Origin: Lachnospiraceae bacterium
Lineage (GTDB): Bacteria > Bacillota > Clostridia > Lachnospirales > Lachnospiraceae
Assembly (NCBI GenBank): GCA_024697065.1
Contig: JAILGE010000007.1
Location: 52,658 to 116,657 of the forward strand
Length of the DNA stretch: 64,000 nt
Direction of reading: 5' to 3'
The position numbers were made by a program, and so were the translations under genes. Shown here in pieces: positions 45,293-53,636 of the stretch. The number at the start of each line of letters is the position of its first letter. Position 1 is the stretch's first letter. The notes under the pieces were generated by a model, which searched no databases, was not told the DNA's origin, and saw nothing but the letters and a program-made list of their open reading frames with translations.

Positions 45293-45838
45293 ATGATGGA
45301 TGCAGAGAGATTTTTAAATGATGTATTAAAGCGATATGAAGCCTCTTTTGATATTGAGAGACCCTATGAGTATCACAACAGACGCTTTGACGCATATGCG
45401 CATTTATCCGCAAGCAGTGAGAAATATGTTCTTGTGAAATCTGCCACGCTTTGGAGGACAGAGAATTTCGAACATGTTTTTTTCGAGAAGACTGAGGATC
45501 TTGATGAAGGAAAGCTTGATGATATCGTACTTCTCATGAGAGAGCATATGGAACCGGAACTTGTACGTGAAGGAAGAAAGTATCCAGGCGAAGATCACAT
45601 GATGACATTTTTGTCATATGTAGTTATATGTGAAAAGAAAATGTCTCCGGAGATCATTTCAAAGATCAGAAGGATTAATTTTGGCAGAAGTTATCTGCTT
45701 ACTTTCAGAGGCAGATGCGAAGCACACATCATAGTTGCGGATCTGGAAGAAGGAAAGATCTACACCAATCGTTACGGAAGATATATGTCTGCTATGTATG
45801 AGGATGTTATGAAAAAACAGCAGGCATTAATCTCATAA
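45293..45838 (+). CDS. Hypothetical protein directly behind the T-box
   Basis: Start moved to ATG 45293 because the ORF-track start is inside the terminator. 181 aa, no motif recognised. Confidence 0.75.
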   Translation: MMDAERFLNDVLKRYEASFDIERPYEYHNRRFDAYAHLSASSEKYVLVKSATLWRTENFEHVFFEKTEDLDEGKLDDIVLLMREHMEPELVREGRKYPGEDHMMTFLSYVVICEKKMSPEIISKIRRINFGRSYLLTFRGRCEAHIIVADLEEGKIYTNRYGRYMSAMYEDVMKKQQALIS

Positions 45839-45871
45839 AACGCATTCTAAGATTCAAAGGAGGCTAAAAAA

Positions 45872-47665
45872 ATGAATGCAGCAGTAATATTATTGGTAAG
45901 CATCGCTGTTCTTGCCTGCGGTTACGTCTTCTACGGCGGATGGCTTGCAAAGAAGTGGGGCATCGATCCGAAGAAAAAGACTCCCGCTTATGAACATGAG
46001 GATGGAATGGACTATGTTCCCGCCAAGGCACCTGTTCTTATGGGACATCATTTTTCATCAATTGCCGGCGCCGGCCCCATTAACGGTCCTATTCAGGCAG
46101 CGGTATTTGGATGGGTTCCCGTACTTTTATGGATCATTATCGGCGGAATCTTCATGGGTGGTGTTCATGACTTTGGAGCGCTCTTTGCATCCATCAGAAA
46201 TGACGGAAAGTCCATCGGTGAAGTCATCGCAGATACAATGGGACAAAAGACCAAGAAGATCTTCCTGGCATTTGGATATCTTTCACTCTTACTTGTAGTA
46301 GCTGCATTCGGCTCCATAGTTGCAAGTACATTCGGTATTACAAATATGGCAGGTGCACCGGTCAATGAAGCGGCTTATGAAGCTAATACTTCTACAGCCA
46401 TGATCTCATTATTGTTCATCCTGCTTGCTATAGTATTCGGTCTGCTCGTTTACAGAGCTCATATGCCTATCGGTGTTGCAAGTGTGATCGGGATTATCGG
46501 TATCGTCGCTATTACGGCTCTCGGCCTTAATTTCCATCCTATAGCACTTTCCTACAAAGAATGGATGATAGTTCTCGGTGTTTATATTGCGGTTGCTTCC
46601 GTAACACCTGTATGGATACTTCTCCAGCCGAGAGATTATCTCTCAAGCTTTTTGCTGTACTTTATGATCGTTGTATCTGTTGTCGGTATTCTCGGATGTG
46701 CCGTTAGCGGTAATGCAAATCTTGAGATACCTGCTTTTCTTGGCGGATTTACGGCACCTGCATCCAACGGACTCTTTACAACAGGAACAATGTTCCCGGC
46801 TCTTTTCGTAACCATTGCATGCGGAGCGATCTCCGGATTCCATTCATTGGTTTCATCAGGTACAACATCAAAGCAGATATCCAGTGAAAAGGATGCACAG
46901 CCTGTTGCATACGGCTCAATGCTTATTGAATGTGTTGTAGGTGTCATCTCCCTTTGTGCGGTTGGTTTTTGCTGGAATCAGATAAAGGATGCCGCTGCTT
47001 CCGAGGCCGGACTCGCAGGAGCTGGTCTTGCTTCTCCTACAGCCGTATTTGCCACAGGTGTATCACAGATGATAGGATCTTTCGCAGGTGGCGCGGACGG
47101 TCAGGTTGCCAGAGTTATGTACAATATGCTTGTACTTGCGGTTTCCGTATTCTGTCTCACATCACTGGATACAGCAACGCGTCTTGCCAGATATATGTTC
47201 CAGGAATTCTGGCTTGCCAAGGGTGAGCAGCCTGCGGATGCAAAGGGCGTAAAGAAGGTACTTGCAAATCCTTATTTTGCTACGATCCTTACTGTTGTTC
47301 TCGGTATTGCTCTCGGTCTTACAGGTTACTCCAAGATATGGCCGCTTTTCGGTGCCGCAAACCAGTTGCTTGCAGCGGTAGGACTTATTGCTGTATGTAC
47401 ATGGCTTAAGTCCATAGGACGTAACAATAAAATGTTCTACGTTCCCATGGTATTTATGCTGATCGTGGCTATATCATCCCTTATCCAGACAATAATGGCG
47501 AAGTGCAGGATCCTTGCTGATCCTGCGGGAGCAGACAAGGGATGGATGGCAGCACAGTGCGGTATAGCAGTTCTTCTTGTGATACTTGCCATTACCATTG
47601 TGATCGATGCAGCTGCCACATTGTTTAAGTCATCGGATAAGACAAAAGCATCCGAAGCAAAATGA
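45872..47665 (+). CDS. cstA: Carbon starvation protein A family transporter
   Basis: DGMDYVP, GHHFSSIAGAGPINGP, ACGAISGFHSL, LDTATRLARY and WPLFGAANQLLA. Confidence 0.93.
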   Translation: MNAAVILLVSIAVLACGYVFYGGWLAKKWGIDPKKKTPAYEHEDGMDYVPAKAPVLMGHHFSSIAGAGPINGPIQAAVFGWVPVLLWIIIGGIFMGGVHDFGALFASIRNDGKSIGEVIADTMGQKTKKIFLAFGYLSLLLVVAAFGSIVASTFGITNMAGAPVNEAAYEANTSTAMISLLFILLAIVFGLLVYRAHMPIGVASVIGIIGIVAITALGLNFHPIALSYKEWMIVLGVYIAVASVTPVWILLQPRDYLSSFLLYFMIVVSVVGILGCAVSGNANLEIPAFLGGFTAPASNGLFTTGTMFPALFVTIACGAISGFHSLVSSGTTSKQISSEKDAQPVAYGSMLIECVVGVISLCAVGFCWNQIKDAAASEAGLAGAGLASPTAVFATGVSQMIGSFAGGADGQVARVMYNMLVLAVSVFCLTSLDTATRLARYMFQEFWLAKGEQPADAKGVKKVLANPYFATILTVVLGIALGLTGYSKIWPLFGAANQLLAAVGLIAVCTWLKSIGRNNKMFYVPMVFMLIVAISSLIQTIMAKCRILADPAGADKGWMAAQCGIAVLLVILAITIVIDAAATLFKSSDKTKASEAK

Positions 47666-47715
47666 TGATCACAGACCGGAAACGTATGTGAACGTCATCG
47701 TTATATCAGGATCCA

Positions 47716-47754
47716 AAAACAGGACTTTGTCATGGAACAGGGTCCTGTTTTTTT
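47716..47754 (+). terminator. Terminator after cstA
   Basis: AAAACAGGAC...GTCCTGTTTT followed by a T run. Confidence 0.75.
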
Positions 47755-47821
47755 GCTTGTAAGCTTACTTATATGTTTATGTAACCGTGAATATGATATA
47801 ATCTGTAAAAGGGGAAAGATA

Positions 47822-49750
47822 ATGAATACCTATTATAATAACGGGTATGATGTCGCGGCATTTTTCATATGTGTGTTTGCTTTTATCTATTTCTTCCAGG
47901 CACAGCATATCCGAAAACAACAGCACAGTCTGTATCTTCTTCTTCTGATATGCCTTCCTTTGACCTGTATGGGCAATATTCTTGCCGGCGGTATCGCTGC
48001 CCGCAGTACGGGGAAAGCATATGAGGTTCTGCGTGCCAATTTATTCATAGCATTTTATTTCGCTGCCAATTCATTGATATTCCCGCTTTTTACATTGTAT
48101 ATCCAGGGATTGAACGGTATTCTTTTTAACAAGAAAAGAAGCTATTATTTCAAATATCTTATCCCGTATTTCTTCGGACTGATCCTCATCATACTGAACT
48201 TCCGTTACAGATTCATGTTCTATTATGATGACAACTGTATATATCACAGGGGCAAATACATGTATCTGCTTTATTTCGGCGGTGCATGGTATGTGCTTGT
48301 GGCGCTTATTTCCTTTGCCGTTAACAGGGCTTATATGCCCAAGAGGAAAGTCAAGTATCTGTTCTTAAGTATGTTTTATTCAATAGTGGGATTTCTTGTT
48401 CAGCTCATGTTCAAAGAGTATCAGGTTCAGCTGTTCGGCGAATCCCTGACGGCACTGGCACTTCTTATCACCTGTGAAAATGAAGAGCAGGAAGTGGATA
48501 CCGACACCAGACTATATAATTACAATACTTTTATTGATGACTTCAATACAGCCAAGACCAAGGGTGACAGATATTCCATTATCACAGTTGTGCTTGCTAA
48601 TTCCGAGCATGCAATGCCGGATCTCTCACAGTGGGAATACGGTACTCTTCTCAGATCCATAGCATGGGAGCTTAATGAAACCGGTGCCGGAGTCAGAGTG
48701 TACCGTTACGGAAGTGAGAAGTTCGTGCTTATGCCGGAGGAGTCTACCGTATTCGACAGAGCTACAAGGACCGACAGGATAATCGAAAGGATAACGGACA
48801 GATTTTCACGTGAATGGAAGGTGGGAGATAAGTCTGTTATCATAAATGTGGTGATAACCGTTGCCAGAATGCCCGGTGAGATAGAAGGGCTGACCATAAA
48901 GGATCTCTTTTACAAAGGAAATCTCAATTTCAGCAAGAGCAATATAATAGTCAGAAGATCGGAAGATCTGGAATCTCTTCGTAACAGAGCGGAGATAAGA
49001 GATGCGGTGAGACGCGGTTGCAATTCGGGAGCATTTAAGGTTTACTATCAGCCCATATGGTCAAAGAAAAAGGGCAAAGTTGTCAGCGCTGAAGCTCTGG
49101 TAAGATTGAGTGATCCTATATTGGGTATGATATATCCAGATGATTTTATTGATGTGGCGGAAGAATCAGGCCTCATTAATGAGCTGGGAAAGATCGTGTT
49201 TGAAAATGTCTGCAGGTTTTATTCCGAGAAAAGACCTGACAGACACGGCTTAAAGTGGATAGAGATCAACGTGTCTCCGTATCAGCTCTGCGATCGCGAT
49301 CTTACGGATACATTTTTAAAACTCCTCAGGGAATACAATGTGCCAGTATCATTTATCAATCTGGAGCTTACGGAGACTGCTGATTCAATGAGTGACGGTA
49401 GGATGAACGAGACCTTAAAGGAACTCAGGGATTTGGGATTCTCTTTTTCAATGGATGATTACGGCACGGGTTATTCCAATCTTTCAAGCCTGGTGTCCGG
49501 AAATTATAAGCTTGTTAAGGTTGATAAATCCATTCTCTGGAATGCGGATAACAAAGAAGGCGATGACCTGCTCATAAAAGTGATGGAGATACTGAATTCC
49601 ATGAATATCGAGACTCTCCAGGAAGGTGTAGAGACAAAGGAACAGTTAGATAAAGTTACAGGGCTTGGATGTGATCTGATACAGGGGTATTATTTTTCAA
49701 AACCTGTACCGGAAGAAGAATTTGTGGAGTATATAAAAAACCAGATATGA
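47822..49750 (+). CDS. Membrane (about 7 TM) degenerate-GGDEF + EAL c-di-GMP phosphodiesterase
   Basis: YYQPI..AEALVR, IEINVS, LELTE, DDYGTGYS and EGVET are intact. The GGDEF position reads YGSEK. Start at 47822 after GGGGA. Confidence 0.88.
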   Translation: MNTYYNNGYDVAAFFICVFAFIYFFQAQHIRKQQHSLYLLLLICLPLTCMGNILAGGIAARSTGKAYEVLRANLFIAFYFAANSLIFPLFTLYIQGLNGILFNKKRSYYFKYLIPYFFGLILIILNFRYRFMFYYDDNCIYHRGKYMYLLYFGGAWYVLVALISFAVNRAYMPKRKVKYLFLSMFYSIVGFLVQLMFKEYQVQLFGESLTALALLITCENEEQEVDTDTRLYNYNTFIDDFNTAKTKGDRYSIITVVLANSEHAMPDLSQWEYGTLLRSIAWELNETGAGVRVYRYGSEKFVLMPEESTVFDRATRTDRIIERITDRFSREWKVGDKSVIINVVITVARMPGEIEGLTIKDLFYKGNLNFSKSNIIVRRSEDLESLRNRAEIRDAVRRGCNSGAFKVYYQPIWSKKKGKVVSAEALVRLSDPILGMIYPDDFIDVAEESGLINELGKIVFENVCRFYSEKRPDRHGLKWIEINVSPYQLCDRDLTDTFLKLLREYNVPVSFINLELTETADSMSDGRMNETLKELRDLGFSFSMDDYGTGYSNLSSLVSGNYKLVKVDKSILWNADNKEGDDLLIKVMEILNSMNIETLQEGVETKEQLDKVTGLGCDLIQGYYFSKPVPEEEFVEYIKNQI

Positions 49751-50595
49751 TAAGAATTAATGAGATAGGTGATTTAAGTAACAAAGAGCTTGAAGTATAT
49801 AAGGATCTCAATGAAGCCGAACTGAGGCATTATTACGAGCCGAAGGGAGGCATTTTTATTGCCGAGAGCATGAAAGTTATCAGACGTGCTCTTGATGCCG
49901 GGATGCAGCCGGAGTCTCTGCTTATGGAGAAAAAACTTGTGGCTGACGGGGAAGCAAAAGACATACTTGGACTTTTGCCCGATGATATTCTGGTATATAC
50001 GGCCGAAAAGAAAGTGCTCGAAGAGATAACGGGATACAATCTGACAGGCGGTATGCTCTGCGCAATGAAAAGACCGAAGCTTTTTTACTTTGATGATCTT
50101 TTATCAGACAAGGCAGGCATGAATAAGATAGCAGTACTTGAGAATGTCCAGAATCCTACGAATACCGGAGCGATATTTAGAAGTGCCGCTGCCTTCGGGG
50201 TGGACGGAGTGATCCTTACCAAAGGCTGCAGTGATCCCCTTGAGAGGCGTTCCATCAGAGTAAGCATGGGAACTGTATTCGCTATACCATGGACATACTA
50301 TTCCGATATGGATACTGACATAGCTTCTGCTTTGAAGCAAAGGGGTTTTTCAACCATTGCCATGGCGTTAGCAGAGGGCGCAAAGAGTCTGGATGATCAG
50401 GTGTTGAAACAGGAAGAGAAAGTAGCTGTCATGATAGGTAATGAAGCACATGGTCTTTCGGAAGCTGTACTTGCAAATGCCGATCATAAAGTCATTATCC
50501 CCATGTCAAACGGTGTGGACTCGCTCAATGCAGCAGCAGCCAGTGCAGTTGCCTTTTGGGAGCTTATGAGAGTCAGAGAACAGGTTGAAAAATAA
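49747..50595 (+). CDS. TrmH/SpoU family RNA methyltransferase
   Basis: NPTNTGAIFRSA, IGNEAHGL and IPMSNGVDSLNAA. Confidence 0.92.
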   Translation: MIRINEIGDLSNKELEVYKDLNEAELRHYYEPKGGIFIAESMKVIRRALDAGMQPESLLMEKKLVADGEAKDILGLLPDDILVYTAEKKVLEEITGYNLTGGMLCAMKRPKLFYFDDLLSDKAGMNKIAVLENVQNPTNTGAIFRSAAAFGVDGVILTKGCSDPLERRSIRVSMGTVFAIPWTYYSDMDTDIASALKQRGFSTIAMALAEGAKSLDDQVLKQEEKVAVMIGNEAHGLSEAVLANADHKVIIPMSNGVDSLNAAAASAVAFWELMRVREQVEK

Positions 50596-50601
50596 GAACT
50601 G

Positions 50602-52242
50602 ATGTTCTATAATTCTCCTATGTCTTTATACGGTAGCGGAAAATATTATACAGATACTCCAATCGATTTCGGAAGGGGAGCAGGCCGGAGTACATCTGGC
50701 AGTGAAGGCGGATGGGATTATGTCAGACCTTCCGCACAGGGGAGAGATTTATCCGGTTTTAATCCGCTTCCCGGCTATGAAAAAGACAATACGGATAATT
50801 TTCCTGCGGATACCCCTGATGAGATAAAAGCTCTCTGGAAAGAATGCAGGAGCGAGAGTGTCTTTCTGTTAAGGAATGAGTCTTTCTACAGACAGGCACA
50901 GATGATGAAGGATTTTAAGGATGCCTACGAGCCTGTTCCGTATTCAGCTCATTTCCCTGTTTTCGCAAATATGAAGGTCTCACAGATGCGCAGTTACTTT
51001 TCTTTCAGGAGAGAAGCCAGACGCAGCGTGTTTCTTAAAGTATCCCCGGCTTATATCTATGTATATGTATTCGAGATCCTTTGCGGTATAGGGATCAGGG
51101 ATGAAAGGCAGGCTTTTGATATGTTGGATGAGCTTGCTGATGCATATAAGGATGAGTATCCGGCTCTTACGGAAGACATAAGACGCTGGATGAAAGATTA
51201 TGCCGTCTGTCACGGCATGACTGATGAGATCGAGACATATTTTGAGAAAGAGAAGCTCTCGGATAAAAATATAGAGATCATTTTTTATCCTGACCGTTAT
51301 GACAGGGATCAGATATTTGAGGCGGTCTGTGAATTTTCAGCTTATAAGATAGATAAATCCGTTTTTTACAAGAAGTATCCCGATACGGTAAAGCAGGCTG
51401 TTGTCAGGACCATCGAGGCGATGAATGAATACTATCAAAGCCTTTGCAAGAGATCATTTTTCGAATACTGTTTCGGTCTGATGAAGCAGAATCCTTACAG
51501 ACCATTTAACGGAGCAGTATTTTTTACTCCGGATAAGCAGGCGCAGGCGGAGATAAGGATAGATCCGGTGAGAGTATTCAGATGCAGAGAGGGGATATGG
51601 ACCTTGAGCTGCATAAATACACACGGAAAGAACAAAGCGCTGGGCAATGTGTTAAGGAAGCTGGACAGACAGTTAAGGATCGCTTACGGTTTTAACCGTG
51701 AGCTTAAGGACAATTCGCCGGATCCGTTAATGGATATTTATATCAGAAAAGCTGTGGAAGCGACCAGACAGGATGAATATCTTGAATTGCATCCGCCGAT
51801 AGAAGTTGACCTGTCAAAGCTTGCGGATATAAGAAGCGATGCTGATGTGATAAGAGATGCTTTGTTGACGGAAGAAGAAAGAGATGATATTTATGCGGCG
51901 CCTGTTATTGATGACGGCGGATTTACCACTGATGGATACAACGGTGCCGGATCGGGAACGGAACCGGTATCAGAACCGGAACCTGTATCAGAACCGGTAT
52001 CTGCACCAGGATCAGAATCAGAATCGCTGCTTACCGAAGATGAGATCGGATTTCTGAGACTCGTATCAGAGCATGGGGACTGGAGGTCATTCTTAAAGAA
52101 GATACATGTCATGGAAGGTGTTATGGTGGATGCCGTAAATGCCGCATTCCTGGATATCATCGGTGACAGCGTGATAGAGGATGATAACGGAGAGCTTCGC
52201 ATAGTAGCCGATTATGAGAATGATGTCCTTGATCATATCTGA
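50602..52242 (+). CDS. TerB_N / TerB_C domain protein
   Basis: N-terminal YFSFRREAR..YIYVYVFEILCGIG pattern. C-terminal VDLSKLADIRSDA..IRDALL and VDAVNAAFLDIIGDSVIE pattern. A PEPVSE-type linker lies at about 51955-52025. Confidence 0.75.
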   Translation: MFYNSPMSLYGSGKYYTDTPIDFGRGAGRSTSGSEGGWDYVRPSAQGRDLSGFNPLPGYEKDNTDNFPADTPDEIKALWKECRSESVFLLRNESFYRQAQMMKDFKDAYEPVPYSAHFPVFANMKVSQMRSYFSFRREARRSVFLKVSPAYIYVYVFEILCGIGIRDERQAFDMLDELADAYKDEYPALTEDIRRWMKDYAVCHGMTDEIETYFEKEKLSDKNIEIIFYPDRYDRDQIFEAVCEFSAYKIDKSVFYKKYPDTVKQAVVRTIEAMNEYYQSLCKRSFFEYCFGLMKQNPYRPFNGAVFFTPDKQAQAEIRIDPVRVFRCREGIWTLSCINTHGKNKALGNVLRKLDRQLRIAYGFNRELKDNSPDPLMDIYIRKAVEATRQDEYLELHPPIEVDLSKLADIRSDADVIRDALLTEEERDDIYAAPVIDDGGFTTDGYNGAGSGTEPVSEPEPVSEPVSAPGSESESLLTEDEIGFLRLVSEHGDWRSFLKKIHVMEGVMVDAVNAAFLDIIGDSVIEDDNGELRIVADYENDVLDHI

Positions 52243-52281
52243 GTGATATCCTAATGGTTTTGTTTATGAAAGGTTTTAAGT

Positions 52282-53619
52282 ATGGAAGAAGTTAAAAAAG
52301 TTCCGCGCAGGATAGCGCAGACATTGATAAGTTCGTTAAAAGGCGGTGTTGTTCCCAGGATAGGCCTGCCTTATATTACGGTTGGAAGACGCAGAGAGGT
52401 TGAAGCGCTTTTAAAAGATATAGAGATGATAGAAGAAGGAGGAGCATCCTTCAGATTTATCGTGGGAAAATACGGCGCCGGCAAATCCTTTCTCCTTCAG
52501 TCCATAAGGAATTATGCAATGGACAGGAATATGGTAGTAGTGGATGCGGATCTGTCTCCGGAGAGAAGACTTCAGGGAAGCGGAGGACAGGGGCTGGCAA
52601 CATACAGAGAACTTATCGGAAATCTGTCAGTCAGGACCAAGCCCGAAGGCGGCGCCCTCACTATAGTTTTAGACAGATGGATACAGTCGGTGCAGTCTGA
52701 AGTGGCGGCAACAGAGGGAATATCACCGGATGATCCTGCATTTGCTAAGCGGACTGAACAGCGTATATACAGTGTTATACGATCAATGAATGACATGGTT
52801 CACGGCTTTGACTTTGCCAGGGTTATCTCACTTTATTACAAGGCATATGTAAATGATGATGATGATATGAGAGCAAAGGCGGTAAGATGGCTTCGCGGAG
52901 AATATAGCACCAAATCCGAAGCCAAGGCTGATCTGGGTGTTACGTCATATATTTCCGATGATGACTGGTATGAATATTTAAAGCTTTTCGCAGGTTTTTT
53001 CAGAAAAGCCGGATACAGAGGAATGCTTGTATTCATAGATGAGCTTGTAAATATCTACAAAGTACCAAACAGCATCACACGTCAATACAATTACGAGAAG
53101 ATCCTCACAATGTATAATGATGCGATGCAGGGAAAGGCCCATTTCATAGGAACGGTAATGTGCGGTACGCCCCAGGCTATAGAAGATACCAGACGCGGAG
53201 TTTACAGTTATGAGGCTCTGCGTTCCAGATTATCCGAGGGAAAATTTGCCCAGTCCGGGGTTCAGGATCTGCTAGCTCCGGTCATAAGGCTTGAGCCTCT
53301 GACTGCCGAAGAGATGTTGGTGCTTACGGAGAAGCTTGCAAAAATACATGCAGGGCTTTACGGATATGAAGAGATCCTTACGGAGAATGATCTGGCAGAT
53401 TTCATAAGGATAGAATACGGCAGGATAGGTGCGGATACTTCCATAACTCCCCGTGAGGTCATCAGGGATTTTATTGAATTACTGGATATCATTTACCAGA
53501 ATCCGGGAATGAGACCTGCGGATCTTTTAGGGTCGGACAGATTTTCCTATGCCAGACCTGATACGGGAGACACGTCAGACATTCCGGAAGACAACATGTT
53601 TGCGGAATTTAAGCTTTAA
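52282..53619 (+). CDS. P-loop ATPase, DUF2791/BrxD-like
   Basis: SLKGGVVPRIGL, GRRREVEAL, Walker A GKYGAGKS, SPERRL and Walker B VFIDE. Confidence 0.85.
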   Translation: MEEVKKVPRRIAQTLISSLKGGVVPRIGLPYITVGRRREVEALLKDIEMIEEGGASFRFIVGKYGAGKSFLLQSIRNYAMDRNMVVVDADLSPERRLQGSGGQGLATYRELIGNLSVRTKPEGGALTIVLDRWIQSVQSEVAATEGISPDDPAFAKRTEQRIYSVIRSMNDMVHGFDFARVISLYYKAYVNDDDDMRAKAVRWLRGEYSTKSEAKADLGVTSYISDDDWYEYLKLFAGFFRKAGYRGMLVFIDELVNIYKVPNSITRQYNYEKILTMYNDAMQGKAHFIGTVMCGTPQAIEDTRRGVYSYEALRSRLSEGKFAQSGVQDLLAPVIRLEPLTAEEMLVLTEKLAKIHAGLYGYEEILTENDLADFIRIEYGRIGADTSITPREVIRDFIELLDIIYQNPGMRPADLLGSDRFSYARPDTGDTSDIPEDNMFAEFKL

Positions 53620-53636
53620 GAGATTCGAGGCGGGAA

